A stretch of 64,000 bases of DNA from a virus, in the IMG/VR virus record IMGVR_UViG_3300044846_005100, positions 64,001 to 128,000 of that record, one strand, 5' to 3'. Every line of letters starts with the position of its first letter. Position 1 is the stretch's first letter. Shown here in pieces: positions 1 through 8,337 of this stretch. Under the pieces are notes generated by a model. That model was not told where the DNA came from and did not search any database. It saw nothing but the letters and a program-made list of their open reading frames with translations. The position numbers and the translations under genes are program-made.

Positions 1-64
1 AGATAGAAAAATATCCTACGATAAGGGATAAAAGGGTTAGTGCTAAAAATTTGTTGGTTGTCAT
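1..64 (-). CDS. partial hypothetical membrane/secreted protein (runs off window)
   Basis: ATG at 64 gives MTTNKFLALTLLSLIVGYFS..., hydrophobic. Confidence 0.45.
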   Translation of the reverse strand, partial: MTTNKFLALTLLSLIVGYFSI

Positions 65-82
65 TTTTTATAAAATTTTAAG

Positions 83-394
83 TTAAAAATATCTTTTTCT
101 TCTTTTTATTTGTTCAGAAACGGATTCTAAATTATTTCTCAAAAATTCACTACCAATAATATCTGATGTGTTACTACGATTTTGCTCATCTTGATATATG
201 TAATCTAATATACTTTCTAAAGTTTGAGCGGACATATCTTTTCTTTCATTATTGGAAAGTGTTAAGTCTTTTAAATTATTACCTTGTCCAGATCCTGAAG
301 CACCTGATTCATTACCAGAATCACCTTGTTGAGGGTCTTGAGGAGGATTTACTCTTTTAAAGTAACTGCTGTCTATTGTTATACTTTTTGTCAT
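83..394 (-). CDS. hypothetical protein
   Basis: 103 aa ORF overlapping the stop of the upstream gene; G/S-rich linker. Confidence 0.7.
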   Translation of the reverse strand: MTKSITIDSSYFKRVNPPQDPQQGDSGNESGASGSGQGNNLKDLTLSNNERKDMSAQTLESILDYIYQDEQNRSNTSDIIGSEFLRNNLESVSEQIKRRKRYF

Positions 395-1290
395 AAATTT
401 GCTATTTTAATAATTCTTTGTACGGTGGAGTCTTCACTTAATTCTTTATTAACCATGTTACCTGAAATTATATCATATCTATCAGATAAATCTTCTATAA
501 TTTGGGATTCATAGATGAATGATTCTATACTGGAGTCTCTGCCTAAAGCTAAATAAGAGTTGAACAAAGTGTAGTGAAAAAATTCAGGGTGAGAAAAAGC
601 AAAAATATTAGTTAAATTAAGTTTACAACTAGATTTAGCAACATTTACAATGGTGTAACCCCATCCTCCTCCAAAAGCATTTGTGTCTGAATCAAAAACA
701 TCAATGTTTAAGCTGATATTTAAAGCTTGGCAAGAAAGAATTAGTTTTAAAATCTTTATAAAAGATGTTTCATAACATTCGTCTGCAAATGTTCCTACTT
801 GGAAAGCAATATTTAAAGTTTTGCTTTTTTTACCTTGTACTTGTTTATTAAATATTTTATCACTTTGTTTAGCGTATTCAACTATTGATAAGTTACCTGA
901 AAATTTATCTAAATTATACTTTCTTTTGGCACTTTTACCTTCATGTATAATTTTTAAAAAATCTTTGTCAGCATTTAACTGCTTTCTAGCTTTTTCAAGA
1001 ATTAATTTTTTGTTAGCAGTAATTTCACCTCTTTCTCGAAAATAAGAACGAGGAGTGTTTCCTATATTTTTGTATCCTGTACTTAGTAATACTTCAGGTA
1101 AATTTGCAGGATTATCATAAAAATATAAGTCATATAAATTTTCAAATCTTATTAATCCATTACCACTCGCTAATGTTTCTCTATGAAATTTAGGCTTGTA
1201 ATTTTCAGGATATTTTATATGTGGTTGTTTCTTGCAAAGATCTAGTCTAATTTCGTCTGCTGTAGAGAGCACCCTTGTTCCTAATGTCAT
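391..1290 (-). CDS. putative vWA-like partner of MoxR-type ATPase
   Basis: 299 aa, directly downstream of the AAA+ gene; alternating beta/alpha pattern (TLNIAFQVG, LNIDVFDS); MIDAS not canonical. Confidence 0.5.
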   Translation of the reverse strand: MTLGTRVLSTADEIRLDLCKKQPHIKYPENYKPKFHRETLASGNGLIRFENLYDLYFYDNPANLPEVLLSTGYKNIGNTPRSYFRERGEITANKKLILEKARKQLNADKDFLKIIHEGKSAKRKYNLDKFSGNLSIVEYAKQSDKIFNKQVQGKKSKTLNIAFQVGTFADECYETSFIKILKLILSCQALNISLNIDVFDSDTNAFGGGWGYTIVNVAKSSCKLNLTNIFAFSHPEFFHYTLFNSYLALGRDSSIESFIYESQIIEDLSDRYDIISGNMVNKELSEDSTVQRIIKIANL

Positions 1291-1302
1291 ATTAATATTG
1301 AT

Positions 1303-2634
1303 TTACATGTTAGATTTTACAGAATTTTTATCAGTTTCTTCTAATGAACTTAAAAGAGTATCTATACATTCTTCATAAGACTCTCCTGATTTTACCATAT
1401 TGGCTATATCTTCTATATTTCTAGTAGAAAGATATGAACCAATTTTTTGTAAACTCTCTCTTAATTTAGTTACTTTATAGTATTGAACTCCTGATTCATC
1501 ACATAATTTTCTCTCCAAAGGCTCATGGTAATCTACGAAGAATTTACACATTCTAAATCTATCCATTAATGCCATATCCTGAAAATCTCTTCCTGAAAAA
1601 TCTTGTGACCCATTTCCCCATGTATTACCACACATAATGATATAGAAATCTTTATGTTTAACGGCAATAGGATTAGAGTCTCTATGAGGAATAGAGATTG
1701 AAGTAGAGTTATCTGCTACACCATTAAAGAATAAAGACATATCTCCACTCATTGCATCGTACTCATCAACTAAGAATATACCTCCATTCTCATAGCAATT
1801 TAAAAATGTAGTATTCAAATACGTTTCAGATGCAGGTTGTTTGTATCCCATCAAATCATGTACTGAACTATCTCTTGAACAAGAATATTTATAGAATGGA
1901 AGCCCTAATGATTTTGCAAACTCTTGAGCCATAAAAGTCTTTCCTGTACCAGCAGGCCCTACTAACATTAATTTTTTAGAAAAAACTAAAGTTTTTAATG
2001 CTTTTTCATAAATAGGGTGGGCTAAATGGTCTACGTTAGCTGAAACAGTAGTATCTCCCACAGTAATATTAATAATGCTTCTGCCTTTATTAAACTCCTG
2101 TAATAAGTCTTCTTTTATGTTGCTAACTATTCTGGAAGTTTCTGTAAAATAAGCTTCTTTTAATTCCTCAGTCTTTTCTTCTAAAAGTTCTTGGTAAGAA
2201 GAAAGAATATTTGAAGAATTTTCAATGTACTTACCTTGTGTTTCTTGGAACACTTCATCAATTTCTTTAGCTAGTCTTTCCAAATCAAACTCTAAAGGTA
2301 ATTTAACTTCTCCTTGATTTTGATTGTCCATTTGTTGCTCTAAATTTTCTTGTTTTTCCATTTGTTTATTGTTTTTATTTAATGATTGATTTTCTTCTTT
2401 TAAAGAGTATTTTTTTATAAAATCTGTAAAGGTAATATTAGTTTTTGGTGCTGTATCATTCCAATCTGGTTGCAGAGCCCATTCACTACTAATTGATTGT
2501 GACCATGAAATGCAACACCATTTTTCATTATCAAAAGTAAGCTTATCAAAAACAATTTCACCTTTTTTTCTCAAGAACTCTATTATTTCTTTATACTCTT
2601 GTTCAGATCTTAATTGAATAATTTCTTTTCTCAT
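1303..2634 (-). CDS. MoxR/CbbQ/CobS-like AAA+ ATPase
   Basis: Walker A GPAGTGKT, Walker B FLVDEYD, sensor GNT, Arg finger MDRF; N-terminal coiled coil. Confidence 0.85.
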   Translation of the reverse strand: MRKEIIQLRSEQEYKEIIEFLRKKGEIVFDKLTFDNEKWCCISWSQSISSEWALQPDWNDTAPKTNITFTDFIKKYSLKEENQSLNKNNKQMEKQENLEQQMDNQNQGEVKLPLEFDLERLAKEIDEVFQETQGKYIENSSNILSSYQELLEEKTEELKEAYFTETSRIVSNIKEDLLQEFNKGRSIINITVGDTTVSANVDHLAHPIYEKALKTLVFSKKLMLVGPAGTGKTFMAQEFAKSLGLPFYKYSCSRDSSVHDLMGYKQPASETYLNTTFLNCYENGGIFLVDEYDAMSGDMSLFFNGVADNSTSISIPHRDSNPIAVKHKDFYIIMCGNTWGNGSQDFSGRDFQDMALMDRFRMCKFFVDYHEPLERKLCDESGVQYYKVTKLRESLQKIGSYLSTRNIEDIANMVKSGESYEECIDTLLSSLEETDKNSVKSNM

Positions 2635-3179
2635 TTTTTTATTTTTAATTTATCAAAATATTTCTTATCTTCAGCGTAACCTTTGAGAGATGTACCATTA
2701 TAAATTTCATAAATATATCTATCGAAAATACTAAAAATCCAATGGTCATAGTGTCTATAGTCATTTCTAGTTGACTTACATCCAGGTTGAGGTCTTTTAC
2801 CTGCGTTGCGCATTCCTAGCAAATTTTTATTAGTCATTACAAGTTTTGACTTTAAATTATCTGATTCCAATCTATATTGTTGTTTTATAAGATTTTTATC
2901 TTTAAAAGGAAGTTGGTCAATCAACCAATCTACTGTTTTTAAAGTTAGTGGTAAATCTTTAGATTTTGACAAGCTATCTAAATTTGATTTTAAGCACTTA
3001 ATTTCTTTAGCTTGATAACTAATCGTATCTTTTTGTTTCTGTGCATCAGCGTTAAAATAAAGCACCATTACAAGAAAAGTTATCACTACTCCTATGGTTG
3101 CTTTTTTGAAGAAATTGTATTTTATTTGTTTTTCTTCATCCAACTCCCACAAGAGAGTTTCTTTATTAAATTTGTACAT
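2631..3179 (-). CDS. membrane-anchored glucosaminidase (GH73/FlgJ-like) peptidoglycan hydrolase
   Basis: TM helix, then QYRLES, NLLGM and GYAEDKKY motifs. Confidence 0.7.
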   Translation of the reverse strand: MYKFNKETLLWELDEEKQIKYNFFKKATIGVVITFLVMVLYFNADAQKQKDTISYQAKEIKCLKSNLDSLSKSKDLPLTLKTVDWLIDQLPFKDKNLIKQQYRLESDNLKSKLVMTNKNLLGMRNAGKRPQPGCKSTRNDYRHYDHWIFSIFDRYIYEIYNGTSLKGYAEDKKYFDKLKIKK

Positions 3180-3202
3180 AATTTTAATTTTTAAATTTTT
3201 AA

Positions 3203-3293
3203 AAGAACTGTATAAACCCTACAATATACAATTTGTTAACTTTAGATTAATTTGATTTAATGTTCAAGGTTTGTAAGGTTTAAACATCTTCTT
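3203..3293 (-). terminator. long intergenic hairpin (terminator or processing site)
   Basis: Arms 3203-3224 and 3271-3293 are complementary; short T-run follows on the minus strand. Confidence 0.5.
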
Positions 3294-3301
3294 AAATAGA
3301 T

Positions 3302-3508
3302 TTAATTTTCAAATGGTGAATCATGTTTAGGTTGAACAAGTTTACTTTTCAATAATTTTTCACTCATATCTTTATTTTTACTTCGTTCCAATACAACAGC
3401 AACCCTACCATGATCCATAGTAGCTGTTACTGATTCAACTCTCCAACCATCATCTATATATTTTTGGATGATTTCTTGATTGTTACTTATTATAAATTTC
3501 TGTTCCAT
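3302..3508 (-). CDS. hypothetical protein
   Basis: 68 aa ORF with A-rich leader; DGWRVESV motif. Confidence 0.7.
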   Translation of the reverse strand: MEQKFIISNNQEIIQKYIDDGWRVESVTATMDHGRVAVVLERSKNKDMSEKLLKSKLVQPKHDSPFEN

Positions 3509-3532
3509 TTAATTTTAATTTAATTTTTTAAA

Positions 3533-3608
3533 AAGACTACACAAAGACTAAGTTGTTTATTTCAAATATAAGAATAGTGTTATTTGATTAGCCTTTGTGT
3601 ATCATCTT
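3533..3608 (-). terminator. long intergenic hairpin (terminator or processing site)
   Basis: Arms 3533-3551 and 3588-3608 are complementary; T-run follows on the minus strand. Confidence 0.5.
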
Positions 3609-3621
3609 GGGTTATTTCTTT

Positions 3622-4434
3622 TTAAATTGTTTTCCATTTCCAATCACAGCTTGATTCTGATTTTGTTTGGCAAGTAAATATATTATAAGATTCTCTCCAA
3701 TTTGCTAGATAAACAATACCCTCTGGACTTTTTACTAATAATTCAACGTGTATTGGGGGTGTTTCTTCGTAAACTGTTTTCCATCTATCTTGTTCTTGTT
3801 GCCATTTAGCACCTTTAATAAACATTAATTTTTCTCTATCACAATAAGGATGAGTTATACTTTGGCAGTTTAAAATAGCAGCTTCTTCATCTATCTCTTG
3901 TTTATCCCTTTTACTGTTCAACCAATCTGTTAATGATTCTTTAGTTTCTTTAGATAATGCATTGTCTAATTTAGATTCAAGTTTTTCAAGATTTAATGGT
4001 TCTTGTTTAGGTTCTTCTTGTTTACCACAAGCACATCCATATTTACTAATAGCTTGTTTACAATTTTCACAAATTTGTTTAGTTTCTTCTTGTGGGATGA
4101 TTATTTTTCTTTTTAAATTACCATAATATGGTGGAACATCTATATCTTCTTCAAATGTTCTATACATACCATAACGTGGCTCTAATTTAATCTCAACATA
4201 TTCACAACTTGGGTTTTTTACAAACCATTCTAAAAAAGTATCATCAATAGATTGTACGCCATCTTCAATTAGCAAATTATTAGTAGTAAGTATTACTTTA
4301 TAAGCATATTGACCATTTCTATTTTTTAAAATATCTCCTGTAAATGAGCATTTTGCCCATATTCCATTTTGATTAACTTTTTCATTGTTATCTATTATAT
4401 ATAACTCGTCTTGTATTTTGTATAAATTTTTCAT
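3622..4434 (-). CDS. conserved phage protein (LEWFVKNPSCE family), apparently missing its N-terminus
   Basis: KVILTT...DGVQSIDDTFLEWFVKNPSCEYVE; mosaic C-terminus (FIKGAKWQQEQ). Confidence 0.75.
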   Translation of the reverse strand: MKNLYKIQDELYIIDNNEKVNQNGIWAKCSFTGDILKNRNGQYAYKVILTTNNLLIEDGVQSIDDTFLEWFVKNPSCEYVEIKLEPRYGMYRTFEEDIDVPPYYGNLKRKIIIPQEETKQICENCKQAISKYGCACGKQEEPKQEPLNLEKLESKLDNALSKETKESLTDWLNSKRDKQEIDEEAAILNCQSITHPYCDREKLMFIKGAKWQQEQDRWKTVYEETPPIHVELLVKSPEGIVYLANWRESYNIFTCQTKSESSCDWKWKTI

Positions 4435-4994
4435 ATTTTAGGTAAATTAAGGTGTTTCCAATATCTATTTGTTCTAATACCATCTATTGTACTGTAAGAT
4501 ATGTTATAGCTTTCTGACAATTCTTTTGTTGTAGTTCCTCTTTGCAACAAAGAATGTATTTTAATAACATCTACATCTTTTAATTTAGAATTACGATTTT
4601 CTTCTCCTTTTAAGGTTAAATTGTTTTTAATAGCGTGGTCTAAATTCTCTCTATGAGAAACCCATTCTAAATTTTCAATAGCATTATCAGTTTTATCTCC
4701 ATTAATATGGTTTACTTGAAGTTTAGATTCAGTATTATCTATAAAATGTTCTGCTACAAGTCTATGAACAAGTACCATTTTTCTTGTTGCATTTTTTTGT
4801 AAAACAACAGTTAAATAACTTTTACTTTGAGGAGATAATTTAAGTAATCTTTCTTTTCTTGAAAATTCATTTCCTAAAGATTTTACATTTCCAAAATTAG
4901 AAACTTGATAAAATGTTTCATAACCTATAATATCTTTCCAAGTTTCTTTACTAGGTTTTTTCGTTGGTAAAACCCATATATTTTTTTCTTCCAT
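4431..4994 (-). CDS. NUMOD4-HNH homing endonuclease
   Basis: ETWKDIIGYETFYQVSNFGNVKS (NUMOD4); VHRLVA...VNHINGDKTDN...NLEW..H.EN (HNH_3); C-terminal HTH. Confidence 0.92.
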   Translation of the reverse strand: MEEKNIWVLPTKKPSKETWKDIIGYETFYQVSNFGNVKSLGNEFSRKERLLKLSPQSKSYLTVVLQKNATRKMVLVHRLVAEHFIDNTESKLQVNHINGDKTDNAIENLEWVSHRENLDHAIKNNLTLKGEENRNSKLKDVDVIKIHSLLQRGTTTKELSESYNISYSTIDGIRTNRYWKHLNLPKI

Positions 4995-4999
4995 AATTA

Positions 5000-5263
5000 T
5001 TATTTTAAAATAATTGTTGATTGATTATAATTACTTTTACCACTACTTTGATTTGTTACAATGACTTCAGGAGTTTCTGTATTAGAATCTAATGGAATCA
5101 TAATCCAAACAGCTTTACTATAATTAGATGGAGATATTTGTAAAAACTTATATTGTTTTCCATTAATTTCATATATAGAGTGAGGAGTACTTATTACTTC
5201 TCCTTCATCATAACAAGAAGTTAATAATGCAATTGATGCTAATACTAATAATAATTTTTTCAT
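5000..5263 (-). CDS. lipoprotein
   Basis: Start reassigned to MKKLLLVLASIALLTSC (lipobox Cys). Confidence 0.75.
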   Translation of the reverse strand: MKKLLLVLASIALLTSCYDEGEVISTPHSIYEINGKQYKFLQISPSNYSKAVWIMIPLDSNTETPEVIVTNQSSGKSNYNQSTIILK

Positions 5264-5273
5264 GATTTTAATT

Positions 5274-5618
5274 TTAATTTTTTTGAAAAATTCCAAATAC
5301 ATTATGTTGTGTTCTATCTAAAATAAGTGTATGTTTTAAAACTTTAAGTCCAACATCACTTGGTTCATATAATCTTACAGTATCTTTATGAGTAAAGTAT
5401 TCAAACTCCAATCCTGTAAATGATATATATCCACTTTCATAATCTCCTTCTTTAATACAAGGATACCAATTAAATCCACTCCAATATTGAATACCAAAAC
5501 TATTCTGATTGAATCTGAATTTTTTATTATTGGTTGAAATGTAATTTTCAATTGGGTTTTCATATACTTTACCACAACTAGACAAAGTAATAATTAAGAT
5601 AACTAATAGTTTTTTCAT
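5274..5618 (-). CDS. lipoprotein
   Basis: MKKLLVILIITLSSC lipobox. Confidence 0.75.
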   Translation of the reverse strand: MKKLLVILIITLSSCGKVYENPIENYISTNNKKFRFNQNSFGIQYWSGFNWYPCIKEGDYESGYISFTGLEFEYFTHKDTVRLYEPSDVGLKVLKHTLILDRTQHNVFGIFQKN

Positions 5619-5639
5619 GATTTTAATTTTTAATTAAAA

Positions 5640-6125
5640 AAAATACTCCAACCTATCTACTCGTCAGTAGCATCAGTTGGAGGGTTCTCCGCTTATTTTC
5701 TTCGTCAGAGTGCTAAGACCTATCCGCAGTGAGCATTGCTAAGAGGCTTGACAGGTACTATTCAATAAGAGGTTTCATTGTTTCTAAATAAACAATTACG
5801 TTATTGAAAAAATTCCCTTCCTTTATACGTTGTATAGGGATAACCACTCATTGCAATTTTAAAGAAATTATCTTTACAGCATTGCGAGTATCATTAAAAA
5901 CTTACATAGCCATCAAGACTTGGGATAAAATTTGGATTGTTTAACTGCCTTACTCAAGCTATTCTCACTCAATTGGGGATTCAGCTCCATTTTACCATAC
6001 TCAACAAACATAACACCTCTTGATAGTGTTGTAATGACACTGGGGACAATTTACAGGAATCGAACCATACCCATCTACCAATTCATACATTACTTGTTTG
6101 TCTTTCTCTATGTAAGTCTTTTTTT
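5640..6125 (-). ncRNA. candidate large structured RNA with tRNA-like loops
   Basis: No credible ORF; 14-bp helix AAAGACTTACATAG/CTATGTAAGTTTTT encloses nested stems and GGTTCGATTCC; ends in a hairpin plus T-run. Confidence 0.6.
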
Positions 6126-6128
6126 TTA

Positions 6129-6578
6129 TTACATCAACAATAAAAGATTGTTATTTGGGCTTACCAAAACAGATTTTGTAGGAATAACTTTGTCTTGATT
6201 ATTTTTCAAGTATGTTGAAAATTTGTTATTACCAAATAACATTTCTTCTGCATCTTGAGAGGAATTTGGGATACCTTTAACATAAGCATAAGGGTATCCT
6301 GAACAAATAGCCCCTTCAGAGTAAAAAGTAACTTTTGTTTTATAAAAACCTATTTCTCCACTTCCTCTTTTTTTATAAGCTAATATAACCTTATCTTGAT
6401 ATTCTGGAGGTATGCACGCTGAATAAATATTTCCTTCAAAATCAAATTTAGGTAAGATTACTACAACTATATCCGTTATAGGGTCAAGAGGAAGTTCCTC
6501 TATTCCATGTTCATTAAAAATATTTAGGACTTTTTCAGATGCATCCTGAGCAACTAAATTTACTCTTAATTTTCCCAT
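6129..6578 (-). CDS. hypothetical protein
   Basis: 149 aa ORF in operon. Confidence 0.75.
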   Translation of the reverse strand: MGKLRVNLVAQDASEKVLNIFNEHGIEELPLDPITDIVVVILPKFDFEGNIYSACIPPEYQDKVILAYKKRGSGEIGFYKTKVTFYSEGAICSGYPYAYVKGIPNSSQDAEEMLFGNNKFSTYLKNNQDKVIPTKSVLVSPNNNLLLLM

Positions 6579-6584
6579 ATCTTA

Positions 6585-6920
6585 TTATTTTGAAAAGTAT
6601 TTGTTAAAAGTTTCTTGTTTCACTTTTAATTCTACTTCCAAAAGAGCTTTTTGGTATTCAGCATTTATGATTTTTTCAAATCTTTCTTGACACTCCGCTT
6701 TGGTAATAGCTGACTTACCTGAATTTAAGTCTGTTTCTAAAGTAAAGTCTTCCAATTCAAAAATAGTGTCCTCAAGGGTCTCTATTTTAGTCTGAATAGT
6801 GTCTAATACTTCTTTTTGTAAGTCTCTTTTAATAGAGACTTCAAATTTACTTGCTCTTTCTTTTACTGATTTGTTTTGAGACATTAAAGTGTTTGCTCTG
6901 CTCATTATTTCTTTTGCCAT
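6585..6920 (-). CDS. hypothetical coiled-coil protein
   Basis: 111 aa helical ORF. Confidence 0.75.
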   Translation of the reverse strand: MAKEIMSRANTLMSQNKSVKERASKFEVSIKRDLQKEVLDTIQTKIETLEDTIFELEDFTLETDLNSGKSAITKAECQERFEKIINAEYQKALLEVELKVKQETFNKYFSK

Positions 6921-6947
6921 AAAAATTTGTTTTATTTTGTTAATAAA

Positions 6948-7340
6948 TTAAAGTTGTATTCCTAAGATTTCAAGGCTTATTTCATCCCATTTAGTGTCTG
7001 CTCTAAATCGTGTATCTGCTTCACCAGCAAAACATTCAATTTCTTCCTCTAATCCGTTTTCATAGGTTAAAATTAAAGTAGGAGTTGCCCAATTTGAAGA
7101 CAAATAAGTGTAATTATCATTAGTGGGCTTGCCTTTTTCAAAAATTTCACCACCTGTGAAATCCCAATCACCTTCTAAACCTGCCTCTGCTTCTAAAGTA
7201 GGATGCTCCTTAAATCTCTCTTTAATAATAGAGGCGGCTTTATCCCAATCAAAAGCTCTTTGAGGTCTACCTTGTCTCCCTGCAATCTTTGCATTATTTC
7301 CCATGAATCCTTCCGCAAAGGTAAAATTACTTTCTTTCAT
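6948..7340 (-). CDS. conserved phage hypothetical protein
   Basis: FDWDKAA..II...AEAGL..DW..TGG motif. Confidence 0.8.
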   Translation of the reverse strand: MKESNFTFAEGFMGNNAKIAGRQGRPQRAFDWDKAASIIKERFKEHPTLEAEAGLEGDWDFTGGEIFEKGKPTNDNYTYLSSNWATPTLILTYENGLEEEIECFAGEADTRFRADTKWDEISLEILGIQL

Positions 7341-7344
7341 TGTT

Positions 7345-7700
7345 TAAATTTTAATATGAATAATTAGCACCCTATTCTACTACTTGCGTTTGCTACCTCG
7401 ACCAGGTTTCCGTAATAGAATAGGGTCACAATAGTTGTGAGTGTGTAGTTTAATCTACCATTTAGTTTCATCTAACTATCTTGCTGATAACTCCCAATAC
7501 CATAGCATTTACATTCCGCTACATTAAACAAGCATATATCATGTATCTTGTGTGTATTCTGCATATTACTATGCAGTTTCAATCAGGGTTTAGATTATTT
7601 TAAGTTAATAATTTTTTTCTATGGGCTACTAAACCTTTTATAGTAGCAAATTTTTTCAAAAAAAAATGTCAATGAACGCTATTCCCCGAAGGGATTTTAT
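7345..7700 (-). ncRNA. structured non-coding leader or ncRNA
   Basis: Series of hairpins including CTGCATA-GTAA-TATGCAG and a 15-bp stem 7369-7426 capped by a junction. Confidence 0.5.
7666..7695 (-). promoter_or_regulatory. boxB/boxA-like antitermination element
   Basis: Minus strand ATCCC-TTCG-GGGAAT hairpin followed by AGCGTTCATTGACAT. Confidence 0.5.
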
Positions 7701-7710
7701 TTTGATTTGT

Positions 7711-7887
7711 TTAAGACTCTCTCAAACAAATTTCTTTTTTTCTTTCTTCTTGGTAATGATACCAATCTTTTTGTGTTTTTGTTAAAGGCTTTTCTTTTTT
7801 ATCTCTCTCGGAAGCTAAGTATCCTTCATCATAAATCCTTGCATATACTTTAGGAAAAACTTTTTCGATTATTTTTTTTACTACCAT
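7711..7887 (-). CDS. hypothetical protein
   Basis: Start reassigned to MVVKK, downstream of the promoter. Confidence 0.6.
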   Translation of the reverse strand: MVVKKIIEKVFPKVYARIYDEGYLASERDKKEKPLTKTQKDWYHYQEERKKEICLRES

Positions 7888-7906
7888 GATATATTTTTTA
7901 AGGGGT

Positions 7907-7937
7907 TGCAAAATTAATACTATTTTTTTTTAATCAA
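7907..7937 (-). promoter_or_regulatory. canonical Bacteroidetes sigma-A promoter
   Basis: TTG-N18-TAATTTTG on the minus strand. Confidence 0.7.
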
Positions 7938-7949
7938 CGTATTTTTTTT

Positions 7950-8333
7950 CTATTCCTGATAAAATTCAATATAAGTGTCCGAATGCCAAATTCTTATCAT
8001 ACTGATTTTTTTGAAAATTTGTACCTTAATCACTTTGTTCATCTCATCCAAATAACGCTGATAGGTATAAGGTGTTCCGTTTTCAGTAGTTCCTTCTTCA
8101 ATTTCTCCAAAAGGAGTGAATACTTCTGATGCTCCTCCAACTATAACCATCTTTATTTTAGGAGAGCAGTTATAATTCACATAAAACAAAACCTGCTTAT
8201 TTATCATTCTTTTCTCCTCTGTGAGCCTTTTTTGTGCTATAAGGGTAGTTGTGTTCATTAAATACTCATCGCATTGAGAGAAGGCATTAAATGAAGCCAA
8301 AATAGAGATTAATATTATTGTTATTTTTTTCAT
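7950..8333 (-). CDS. secreted hypothetical protein
   Basis: Signal peptide MKKITIILISILASFNAFSQ. Confidence 0.75.
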   Translation of the reverse strand: MKKITIILISILASFNAFSQCDEYLMNTTTLIAQKRLTEEKRMINKQVLFYVNYNCSPKIKMVIVGGASEVFTPFGEIEEGTTENGTPYTYQRYLDEMNKVIKVQIFKKISMIRIWHSDTYIEFYQE

Positions 8334-8337
8334 CTGA

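Noticed and set aside
5645-5682. Hammerhead ribozyme (CTGATG)
   Set aside because: No CUGANGA/GAAA core; it folds as a simple bulged hairpin
6012-6032. SAM-I riboswitch (TATCAAGAG on the minus strand)
   Set aside because: The kink-turn, P3 GCAAC and closing GAT elements are missing; the motif is only a hairpin loop
6041-6103. Canonical tRNA or tmRNA at the GGTTCGATTCC...CCCA motif
   Set aside because: No anticodon arm, no tmRNA-type acceptor or tag frame; kept as part of the larger ncRNA candidate
7385-7412. c-di-GMP-I riboswitch (GGAAACC...ACGCAAG)
   Set aside because: Only superficial similarity; no tetraloop-receptor P2/P3 architecture
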